From assembly GCA_001938485.1 (NCBI GenBank), contig MQRK01187577.1, positions 34,571 through 97,265 on the forward strand: a DNA stretch of 62,695 nucleotides. The letters are read 5' to 3'. The translations under genes and the position numbers were made by a program. A model generated the notes under the pieces. That model was not told the DNA's origin. It saw only the letters and a list, made by a program, of their open reading frames with translations, and ran no database searches. Positions 26,621 through 37,439 of the stretch are shown one piece after another. The DNA comes from Girardia tigrina. Taxonomy: Eukaryota. The first letter of the stretch is position 1, and each line of letters starts with the position of its first letter.

Positions 26621-26999
26621 ATAACTATGTGCTGTAACTCGATCTAAATAACCTCGATCCCAGCTTCTCCCAGGAGGTTCGTCACCCCAGAGCCTCTGAA
26701 AGTGCTATAATTGTCTAGAATCACTTCATTGAGCGACCCAAACTAGGATCAGACACCGCACATAGCTGCACAAACGTCTGCCTCACTCTCCAACGCAATC
26801 TAACTCCGCACCATAAAGTGTCATTGACCAAAATCCACCATCGTGAGAAATTTTCCTGGCCTAAGGTATATAACGTATATTGCCAGCCCGCTGCTATGTA
26901 TTTTTTACTTCAAGATTTCCCTTGTTTCATTGTACTGGCGATTGATCGATTCATGCCAACTGCTCTTATTATCAAATCTTAATAAACGGGAACATATTT

Positions 27000-27350
27000 T
27001 TAATAATCTTGTTAAAGGTTTGAATCCAATAGGTTCTCAACTAGTCAAATAATATGAACTTTTAAAAGTACACAAAAATAGGATGCTTAAAATACATGTT
27101 TTATCGATGATTATAACGACTCAGTATATGGTACCAAAATATCTAGACTTAAAATTATCATCTGAATTTATGTGTCGTGATAGGGTTGAATTTACTGATT
27201 TCATTTCTAAGTATAAAGTGAAGAGTAAAGGTGACTTTATGGTTTCTTTTGATATCTTTAGTTAAATTACAAATGATTCCTTGGGTGAAACTTTAAACCT
27301 GTGTTGTGATCTACGGAGAAATAAATTTCAACCGAATTGAACTTTATCAA
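27000..27350 (+). mobile_element. Penelope-like RT fragment
   Basis: YELLKVHK...YMVPKYL...DFMVSFDIFS*ITND resembles the PLE motifs YGLPKIHK and MVSFDVxSLFTN. Confidence 0.7.
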
Positions 27351-27712
27351 AAACACAAAAGTTATCCAATAAAAATGTCATTTTAGTGTTGTTGACATTG
27401 CTATTTTGGAATATTCAAAAATTATCATTTAAAAAATTTTTATCATTTAAAATTTTCAGTCTATCTTTGTAGCGCCGCGTTTTTCTACTACAGAATCAAT
27501 GACAATACAAGCGTGTTTTTATTTTAAAAAAAGTATTTTTTTATGTTTTACTTGTTATTATTATGAATACTGCATTTCATTTCCAATTATTTTGTTTTTA
27601 TTATTTTAATAATTTCTAATCGATTTTGTATTCAATTGAAAGTTTTATTTTTATTATAAACTCTGACAACTGAATAATTCTTGTTTCTGATACTTGATTA
27701 ACTATTCGAAGA

Positions 27713-27758
27713 ATGCTCTCGAGTTATGCGATGTCAAACAGAAATCTCTGGTTAAGAG
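27713..27758 (+). CDS. ZC2HC1-like gene, first coding exon (MLSSYAMSNRNLWLR)
   Basis: ATG at 27713, GTAAAT donor, 54-nt intron, phase-consistent. Confidence 0.7.
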
Positions 27759-27812
27759 GTAAATAATTTCAGGGATTTTCATCTGGTAACAAGTGTTATC
27801 TTTATATTTCAG

Positions 27813-27874
27813 GTGAAAGTAACCACTTTCTTCGTTGCTCATTTTGCAATCGGACTTTTAACGCCAATTCCTTA
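27813..27874 (+). CDS. ZC2HC1-like exon 2 (first half of the C2HC finger: CSFCNRTFNANSL)
   Basis: tttcag and GTGAGT splice sites. With exon 3 it gives CSFCNRTFNANSLRRHEPVC, compared with ZC2HC1A CKICGRTFFPVALKKHGPIC. Confidence 0.85.
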
Positions 27875-27924
27875 GTGAGTGTTTTATTAAATTGACCATT
27901 GTAATTTGTCATCACGTGAACAAG

Positions 27925-28192
27925 AGGCGACACGAACCGGTATGTTGTAAAAACAGTAGTAAATCCTCGAAAATTCCATTGATACAAAAGAAAGTGGAGT
28001 TTGCGAAATTGTGTTACGACAATGATATCTTCATCCCAAATTTGTCTCAGCTGCTTGAGAGAAAAGAACAACGTCGCCGAGAGTGGAGAAAAGATCATTT
28101 AAAGTTTAAAGAGGAACTGCAGGCATTGCAGCAGCTCGATAATTATGAGCCACCGTCAGTGTCGTCTTTGAGTACTTTAGATAGAGATTTAG
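27925..28192 (+). CDS. ZC2HC1-like exon 3
   Basis: RRHEPVCCK...EWRKDHLKF resembles ZC2HC1 NWRRKHEEF; donor G|GTAAC. Confidence 0.85.
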
Positions 28193-28440
28193 GTAACTAA
28201 AAATTTTTAAATGAAGTTATTCTTCCGTTCTTTCCCTCTAGAACAATCTAAATTCAAATTTCAATAAATATCTAAAAAAATAAAAATTTATTATTAATAA
28301 TAAGTATTATGTTCGTGTGTGTCGCTACGCAACACCGGACTATGTGATTCATATATAACTTGCATAACCAGTGAGGCAAGTACTGTTGAATATAAAACTA
28401 GTTCTTGAAGATAAAAAAATATTTTGGAAAAATAATAATA

Positions 28441-28988
28441 TTAGGTTGTCAAGTATGAAATTTGTAGACATGATTGCAATAAATTCAAATAGATCTAATT
28501 TTAAATAGACTTAAAATTTTGTTGCTTAGTTTTTTTGATTCATTGCTACATATCTTGCATATTAATCGCATCAAAAAATTCATTAAAATTACTGATAACT
28601 TGTTTTAATAATTAGTATTTAAAAAATGAAAGTCAGAAATTCGAATTACATGGAACCTTAGTATCAGAAACCATGCAAAACATAAATAGCGTATTGGGAT
28701 ACAATTCCACTACGCAACAGACAGGCTCAAATTGGTTCAGGAAATTCGTGAAAGGTAATTTGAACCTCAATAATGAGTCTCGGGGTCGCCTAGGAACACA
28801 GGTAGACAATGATGAACTGAAGGTAACCGTTGAGTCGAATCCATCATAAAGTTCTACTTGATTTATTGCTTCCGTTTGCTGTTGCAGAGCGAACAATATT
28901 GAATCACTTGGCTCAAATTGTTAAAGTGAAAATGTTGGATAAATTTATGGTTTACGAAGGCGACAAGACACTTTCCAAAAATCTAATA
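28441..28988 (+). mobile_element. Internally deleted mariner (N-terminal HTH remnant)
   Basis: TIR ttaggttgtcaag...; NWFRKFVKGNLNLNNESRGRLG...DNDELKVTVESNP. Confidence 0.75.
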
Positions 28989-29185
28989 ACAGTGCTATAA
29001 TAAATATTTATGTAAATTTATACACTAAATAAGTAAAAAAATTCCAATGACCTTACTTCCAAATTAACATCTTACCTCTAAGAACTGTCTTTTCAAAACT
29101 TTTCCCATCTGAGTTTTAATCTCCTAAAAATTATTAATCTATTTTGGTATTTATCAACACAAATTAAAATTTAATGTATTAACAG

Positions 29186-29262
29186 ATATGTCACACGAAT
29201 CCCAATATGACGAAGATAACCTTTTGCGAATGTTGAGGAATAACAATGGAAAAGTGTCTCGA
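29186..29262 (+). CDS. ZC2HC1-like exon 4
   Basis: aacag acceptor, GTAAAC donor, open in the expected phase (DMSHESQYDEDNLLRMLRNNNGKVSR). Confidence 0.72.
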
Positions 29263-29307
29263 GTAAACTACTGCTTAACTATTTAAAGCTAAAATTACAA
29301 TTTTTAG

Positions 29308-29389
29308 TCAACAGAGAAGATTCCAGTTCCAGACTTTCTAAACAACCTCCACCATAAAGATTCATTAAATAACGACTCGGTTTATAACG
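29308..29389 (+). CDS. ZC2HC1-like exon 5
   Basis: 45-nt intron, tttttag acceptor, GTGAGA donor, open frame STEKIPVPDFLNNLHHKDSLNNDSVYN. Confidence 0.72.
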
Positions 29390-30650
29390 GTGAGAATTGT
29401 TTTGACTTTAAAATTATTCCTTTTACCATTAAAATTTTGATTCGGTTTTATTATAAACCTTCTAACTTCATAAAAATTAGAAATTTTAATTTAACTTATT
29501 TATTTTGTTGAAGTCTTATTAGAAAAGTCAAATTGTTATCAAAACTGGAATGAAAAAGTAGGCTGCTACAAACTGGAATCATTTACAAACGCACAGGAAG
29601 TTGCTTGAGATTGAATATATAAAGACAGAAACAGTTTAATTTATTTAGAGCCCATTTAATAGTAATTGTTGAAGACAGAAAATGTCCTCAATCTACAGAA
29701 ATAATAATTTCACAAAAAGAAATAATAATTTCCAACGACGAAATTGAATTAAACAATAAATACATTATTCCAAGAAGTTATTAAAGACTGATAAATTGTC
29801 CAACAAATTTATTTGGTATTAAAACAATTAATAACTTTTAATTAATAATCAATAAAAATCCATTTTTATAATTTTTATGTATAGTAATTAATATTAATAG
29901 CAATAATAAGTATGGCACTACAGTAATGACTAATTTTATTTTACACATTTTGTACGGGAAACGAGTAAATACGGGATTTATATACTATTGTTAAAGAGGG
30001 AGCCGGTTAAAATCAGTCTTTACAATTAAATATGTTATAAGTAATGCGTGAAAACGGATGGTCGATGAAGATCACATTGATCAGTATCTGTTGATAGATG
30101 TAGGTACTAGCCGTGTCGAATATTATTAGTATCGGTCCTTCAGTACTGTTGAGATAATGTTATGTCAAAATGTTTCGAACGTTCTTTTGAATTCTTACAT
30201 GAAAAAAATCTTCCACTTTCCGGCTTAGAGTGGGACAAATTGTCAAAATAAAACTTCTGTTAACATGTATTAACATATTTTCTTTCAGATTTCATTAATT
30301 TAGAATGGAAAATCAGGCTTTTTATTTTGTTTTTCACAATTTTTATTACAGTTTTTATTCAATATTTGCATGTACAAGATCGAGTCATAAACTGAGTACC
30401 TTTCGAACAAATAAACGGTAAAAATTAAAATAAATAAAAGAACAAAAAGAGAAAAAAATAATAAAAAAGAAAAAAAATCTAGTAATCTAAAAATATTAAA
30501 TCTGATATATATGTTGATATATAACAAATATACAGTAGGGTTTTCAACTGAATTTAATCATATTAAAACTTATTTTAATCCATATAAAAATAGTTTAATC
30601 TACGTAAAGTCTCGTTTAATCATTGTAAAACTTAATTTAAACCATATTAT

Positions 30651-31148
30651 TGTGAGAAATATTTTAAATTGATTGAAATAGTAAATGTATGGATGCTGTA
30701 TGTTGATTTAAGTATGTTGAATTTAGAATGGTGATTCTCGTACCCGGATGGAAATTGTTCTTTTATTTAAATTTAAAGTGATTGACTATTCGAACATAAT
30801 TAAAATAATAATTTTATAAGTTCATATTTTTTAATTTAACAATAAAATTAAGTTTAATATTCTTAGTAAAATTTAAATTAAATGCATTTTAATAATTTGA
30901 TGACATTTTTATTATTTTGGGATTTATTGAAAAATGGTAAAAATTATTATTTTTAATTAATAATTTTTAGAAGTTAAATATTTTACAAAATGACTTAGAA
31001 AAATTGTTCGAATAATCATGATTAAAAACAGAAATAAGAAAACCAATTAGAATGATGACAAACGATGAAAGACTTTCTGAGAGTCATAATGACTTTAAAT
31101 GTGATTGTAATAAAAATTCAAACGAGACTTGTCTCAATGTTCTTAATA
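30651..31148 (+). mobile_element. Solo LTR (diverged subfamily, TG...TA) inserted in the left TIR of the Sola2-like element
   Basis: TGTGAG...cttaaTA with flanks ATTAT/ATGAT; the uninterrupted right TIR shows the empty site ATGAT. Confidence 0.75.
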
Positions 31149-31467
31149 ATGATAAAAAAATTTATTCTATTGTTGTGACCACAATTTATTACATATTCAT
31201 TGTAAAATCTTTCCAACACTAAGAAAATTTTATCGGTGATAAAATTTATAAAAATCAAAACATAATAAAAAAATGTTGTAAAAAAAGTGGAATGAATCGA
31301 TAACAACAGAACAGATAAAAAATGTCGGAACTTAATTAAAAAATCAAATTATGTTCTTTTAATAATTGGAATTTTTAAATAAATTTTTTATGCTGGAATG
31401 CGTTTTCAATTGTTCATTATTATATTTTCAACAAAAATCTGATTTTTATTTTACGACTGAAAATCCG

Positions 31468-32055
31468 ATGTTAAACAATCCCATGAACGATTACTAGTCG
31501 AATCCGATCGGTTACCACGAGAACTATATCCAAAAATCGAACATGTACAACCAATTCTACAATCAAGCCCATTTTCTAGCACCCGGAATCAACAACTACA
31601 ACTCGAAAATGTATCCGATTTCCTAGTCCGATTCGATTTTCCAATCGTCCAATATCAGCAACAATCACACAAACTCTAGCAGTGTGAACAGCGCCAGTTG
31701 ACTCAACCAGTCGATCTCGGCTGACTTCAATCTGTCACATTTGGATCAATCGGCGGCCAACAACAACGGTAACAACATCTCCAGTCATATCAACGGCACC
31801 AACGGCAAGGAATTCGATTTCTCTGTGCTGTCGTCGCGTCTCAGCTCGATCGCCCTCAAACCAAATCGACGTCGTTCTGTAACTTTAGGGTAAGATGGCG
31901 GCCCCCAAAGCATCCCAACGCAATCCGACACCGGTAGTTTGTTATTATTGTCATACCGCCTCTCCAGAATCAAATTCCAGGGCCACTGGTCGGTGATTGG
32001 ACTTGTTGAGTTCCAATCGAGACAGTGCAGCGTCCCCACTACATCTATCAATATA
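31468..32055 (+). pseudogene. Host-gene-like N/S-rich coding fragment with in-frame stops
   Basis: One frame from ATG 31468 with stops at 31495, 31624, 31699 and 31891; GC3-rich codons unlike the flanks. Confidence 0.6.
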
Positions 32056-32217
32056 AATTTTAGATTGTATGTATTATGTTTATGGGGTACTTAGACTACT
32101 ACCCAATAATCCAAGTGATCTATCCTTGGGTATGATCTATTTTCTTAGATAATGATCTATAATTTTGAGAATTTAAAATAAAAATGATATAAAATCGATG
32201 ATTTTTTGATTTAAAAA

Positions 32218-32694
32218 ATGGGATACCTAAAAACGTTCGTTTCTTCCTCGGTCAATAATGCTAACAATTCCAATAACAATCGGAAAATAATCACCGCCGG
32301 ATCGAATTCGAAATATTTTATGTCGAAAAAGTGAAGAGCCGAAGAGCTATCGGAATTGTCGTCGGTCCCGGTGAATTGCTTTGGGAATATCGGAGCGGTG
32401 GATTTGTCGTCGAGTTTCTCGGGGCCGCTAAAAATCGATCCGATTAACACCGGTAACCACAGCAACAACAACAATCAGAATCCCGTGAAATTCGTGTCCA
32501 ATAACATCAACAAATCGATAATCGCCGCCAATAATCATTCGCTCATTCAAAACTCGTCGAATAACAACAACGACAATCAGAACAACAATCACCACCAAAA
32601 CGGATTCTGTCACACGGGCGGCAAATCGAACGTCACCGGGCGGACCGTCACCACGCGACCGATATCGGTGACCCTGGTCACATCATATGGTTAA
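32218..32694 (+). pseudogene. Second host-gene-like poly-Asn coding fragment
   Basis: MGYLKTFVSS...SKK*RAEELSEL...VTSYG*; a single internal TGA at 32332. Confidence 0.6.
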
Positions 32695-33073
32695 TAAGTA
32701 TTTATAAAAGTATTATTATATTCAATTTCATAATTAAAGTTATAGTCATTTGGATTTATATTTTCATAATTAAATTTTTCATATTCATTATAATTATTTT
32801 TATCTCTGTTTTCATCTTTTTTCATTTTCATCTTCACCCCAATCTTCTTCGTAATCTCTTATATCAATATTTTCCAATACTTGTTGAGTATTAAGAAATA
32901 TAAGTTGATTATATTCAATTTCATATTTTTGCAGAGTAAAAATTTAAAATTTTTCGCAACCAATTTTTCACATTTTTTTTATTTTTATTTGAAAAAAAAA
33001 TTAGAAAAAAAATTTAAATATTTAAAATTTAATTTTTGAAAAATGAAAATGCAAAAAAAATTGAATATAAAAA

Positions 33074-34130
33074 ATGACTGTAAAAAAATTTAACAAATCC
33101 AACTCAAGAAGAAATAAAAAAATTTTCAACCACTAATCTCATCTTTCTTTAAAGATAGAGATAGCAACACCATAACAACCATAGATCCAGAAATTGATCT
33201 TCCTATAGATTCTCCTTTTCTGGAAGACGAAAATTATAACAACTTCTTTTCCTTGAAATAGATTTACTTCTAGATTCCCCCTTTATAATAATGATGACAA
33301 TAATAATGATGATGATAATAATGATGACAATAATAGTAGTAATAATCATATTGATAATAATCCTATTTATTGCAATATATGTAATAAATTATTTAAAAAT
33401 ATAACAGCAATAATTTCTCATAAAAAGAGCAAAGCTCATAAAAAAAGAAAATAATGAAGGAATAAAAATTGATAATGTACTAATATTTCACAATAAAAAA
33501 GATCAAATATTGAATATGAATTAGTGGTTGAATAAACAGAAATTGATATAGAGGACATTAATCAAATAATGTCCATCTATAATAATTTAGATAATAAATT
33601 AAAATTCCCCTTTATATTTGATATAATAATAAAGGTAGATTATATCAAAATAGAGGAAATATTAACAGACATAATTGTCTCCAGTAGAAAAAGAATTATA
33701 ACAGAGGAATATTTAAATGAATATATCTTCAATAATAAATAATAAAATAAGAGAACATACTGGATTTAGTATTCATAAAATCAGGAGTATTGATATAAGG
33801 TTATCTCCTTATAAGAATTCAACTAGTGGGATATTTTTGGATCCACCAGAAAAAATTAGAAAATCCCATAGTATAATCAATATACAAAATAAAGATAAGA
33901 TATGTTTTATCTGGTATTTTGTCGCATACACTATAAGATACTTATTACCGGGAATGAATAACAAATCCCGTGTTTCCCATTATCAAAGGGAACATCTTTT
34001 TAGAAAAGATTACTTTGATAATATTTTTAAGAATATACATTTTCCAAGTAAATTAGAAGATATTAAAATTTTTAATAAGAAAGTATCCCACGAGAATCTA
34101 GTAAATGTTTTTCGAAAATGTTTTGTTCAT
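33074..34130 (+). mobile_element. Polinton/Maverick-type protein-primed DNA polymerase N-terminal remnant with C2H2 finger
   Basis: YCNICNKLFKNITAIISHKKSKAH; GIFLDPPEKIRKSHSIINIQNKDKICFIW...SRVSHY...IHFPSKLEDIKIF...VNVF matches the pattern seen at the N-terminus of Polinton pPolB. Confidence 0.72.
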
Positions 34131-34967
34131 ATTTTTGAATTATGAGATTTCTTTCCTTATCACTTATTTTTCTATTTAGCATATCATTATTTCGATCTTC
34201 CCATTGCGCTTTTTGTTTTGTTGTTGCCGTTTCATTTTCACCTTCAAAAATTTGTTCGTCAATTTCATTTTGATTTGAATTGAAATTTTCGTTACCGGTT
34301 TCGTTATTTACAGTGATCATTTAAATTTAAAGGATCAAAAATCTAAATTGAAATAAAAATTAATGATTTTTTTATCATATGGATTAAATTAAATTTGACA
34401 ATGATTAAACTAAACTTTATGTAGATTAAAATAAGTTTTAATGGGATTAAATTAAGTTGAAAACTCAGTAATAGTAATGATGGACCTCCCATCTCTTTCA
34501 AGAATGTTATTGAGCATCTAGGCTCTTTAGGTTGTCCACCCAAACCAAATAAATCTATAAGCCCGCCGATAGGCCTCCTACGAGGACATTAGCCTTTCAC
34601 TTTCGCAAAAGCTGTGACAATCCAGTGAGAAACGACCAGTCACGTGTAGCGGTTCCATAATTCTGCATCCTTTTGGATGTGTAGGTTGACTTTACACATC
34701 CGCAAAACGTGCATCTGCAGGTTCCTCTCGCTTCTGACTCTCCTTTAGTAGCAGCATTCAGATCGAAGATTGGTACTTGAGTTGCGTTGTTTTCTGGTAT
34801 CGCGTTCAGTGGTTAATTCCTTTCTCTTGATTGTCTGGACTGATTGGTTCTGCTCGGAAATATTTTGGCTAATTTATAATTTTGATATTAGTTAGGATAT
34901 TTTAGAAAATAATATAAAAATTAAAAGTGTCGTCTATGTCGTTTCTACAACATTTTTACTTTCCTTT

Positions 34968-35420
34968 TGTGAGGTAAAATATGAAGGTTGTAAGTCTGTT
35001 TTTGTATGTTGTTAAGATTTGTGACTCTCCTACTCAGATGGGATTGATATGTTATTTATTAGTTATTTAAACCTAACGATATTAATTTAATAATATTATT
35101 GTTTAAATACTAATTAGTTAAAAGTTTTGTAATTTGAAATTTAATTAATACTTTTGAGTAAATAATTTGACTTATTAAATTTAATATAATTAAAAAAACA
35201 ATGTTTATTTTAAAATTTTCTTAATGTATTTTTACCCAATAAAATTTTGAGAAATTAAAAATTATTAATTAGATAATCTCATTCCTTAATCAAAAATTTG
35301 AATAAATATACAAAAACTATATCAATTAAAGAAAGATGCTTACTGAAAATATCTAACTGGAAAATATATCCTGGAATCTCTATAGAACTATTGAAATTCA
35401 GGTGGAATCCGTCTGATATA
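34968..35420 (+). mobile_element. Diverged LTR of the tgtgagg family (3' end uncertain)
   Basis: tgtgagg start, ctctcctactcagatgg core and ccaataaaatttt motif shared with the other copies. Confidence 0.55.
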
Positions 35421-36604
35421 ATTTTTGTAAAACGTATTTTTCTTTCAAGTTGTAGTAAATGTTTTTTCCTAATTATAAGAAATATTTTTTCCTAAAATTC
35501 AATAAAAGTTATAGAAATTTGTTAAATTACTAAATAATATTTGTATCGAACAGAAATAAAAAATAAAACATTTATTACCCTTGAGATAAATATTATTTCT
35601 GGTGCTTCTATTGTCTTCCAAACAAAAGACTGAAACCCTCCAGACTTAATACAAAACTAAAAGTGAAACATTTTAATGTTTACTGCTCGCTAACAATAAT
35701 AATTAATTTAAGTTACTGAAAATTCAAAAACATTAAATTTTTACGTCAATTGTATTTTTAATTTCTGTTGTCAATTTAATTAATATTTTCGCTATTTTAA
35801 TGTTATCGAGAATAACTAAAAAAAACTAATAAACAAGTAACAAAATTTTCAGTTTCATATCAATAATAAAATGATTCTATTCGGTTATAAAACCATTATG
35901 TTTAATCATCACCCAAAATCTGAAAATAATAACAATCTTCCCATCAGTTTTTCCGAATTTCCGGCAGTAATTAACTCAAGTGGCAACGATATCTGTTTAT
36001 GGCATTACATTTCCCTTATCACAAAGTTAAATTAAGCAAAAATATAGTGAAAGTATTCGCTTATAATCAATTTTTTACTATTAATTCACTTTCATATTAA
36101 TATTGTTTAAATAATAATAATAATAATAATAATAAAACAATTTTAATCAAAGAGAGGAATGGCTATACTATATTTGAGTCTTATGAACTTTAATTTGATA
36201 TTTATCAAAAACCATTTAGTTAAAAATTGTTTAGAAAGTGATTATTTTACATGTTTCGATGTTTCAATCAGCAGCATGGGATTAAATTTCTGTTCCTCAG
36301 AAGGGCGTAGATTTACATTATGAGCGGCAGTTCTGTGAATCATTATTAATAGACATTACAAATAGTTATTAATTGACATTCAAAATGGGTAAATTACGAT
36401 TATATGTATAATATATTTTTAAATTATAATATATTTTAAAAAATTTACCATTTGTCCTAATTAACATTCATATTAACGTTCAAAAGAATCTTTCGTAACA
36501 AATTATAATTACTGATGATCTATGAAACATCAAAACATCTCAAATGATCATTTTATAAAACAAGCTTTAACTGGATTATTTATATTCTGATTATATTCTG
36601 GTTG

Positions 36605-36730
36605 GGTATCAATTGATCGCATACAAATTGATCGGTTCATATTCGCCGGTTAAAATTGACCAGGCTGTTAATTGATCTGGTTAAAATAGATCTGGTGAAA
36701 ATTGATCAGGTGAAAACTGATCGGCGGTCT
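36605..36730. repeat. Tandem array of about 15-bp units (aaattgatcNggt), probably a MULE/foldback TIR
   Basis: About 8 degenerate units visible. Confidence 0.6.
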
Positions 36731-37439
36731 ATTATTTTTTTTAATACAGTCACTGTGATCTAATAACCTGACAATCCATACTAGTAAATGGGACAATTTT
36801 GAAACGTTTATTTGAAATATATTTGTACACACAGTATTGTTGTTAGGAATTAAAAGTAAGAGGTAAATTTTTGAAGTAATAATAAAAAATTAGTTACCAA
36901 AATACTAAATAAGAAAATAACAGACAAATAAAAGTGTAAGAATTTTCATATGTTGCTTGTCAGTACTGGACTATGTGTTGATAAAATTAAATCATATGTT
37001 TCTTTGTTCGTCATTATATGTTTGTGTCAGTGTAAAGTTTTTGTTCTTATTCTAATATGTTGATCATTATGTGGATCTTCGGAAACCGTGTCTCCATATT
37101 AAACATTTTCCCATTCGAAATCGATAGTTCTTTTGTCCAATGAGAGTAAGATGATTTTCATTATTCAATTACGTTTTGACAGACTTATTCGAAACCGATA
37201 AATATTCATTCATTTCCAATTAATTAGAATAATTTTAAATTTCCATTATTTAATTTTCGAAATATTTAAAATTGTTGATTTATAATTTTCTTTGTAATTG
37301 TTTTCTTTTCTTTTTAGAAAATTTTATTCAATTTTTTACAATTGACAAAAACTCAAATTATTTATTTTTATTTATAAATCCACTGCAGATATTGTGAACC
37401 ACTTCTCCACTAAATCCATTGCACCTGTGATGGATCCAT

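Larger units (their letters stand above)
30538..34466. mobile_element. Sola2-like TIR element carrying heterologous cargo
   Basis: GGG...CTC termini; about 105-bp imperfect TIRs with tttaatc subrepeats; 4-bp TSD AGTA at 30534-30537 and 34467-34470. Confidence 0.65.

Noticed and set aside
31865-31890. RRRSVTL as evidence for a TIS11/ZFP36L parent gene
   Set aside because: A generic short kinase-site motif; no CCCH fingers present.
31468-32694. Alternative genetic code or programmed read-through explaining the in-frame stops
   Set aside because: TAG, TGA and TAA all occur, and neighbouring genes use standard stops. Any stop codon is one C-to-T change from Gln/Arg, so pseudogenisation suffices.
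36605-36730. CRISPR-like array
   Set aside because: Units abut without unique spacers; eukaryotic context; fits TIR subrepeats.
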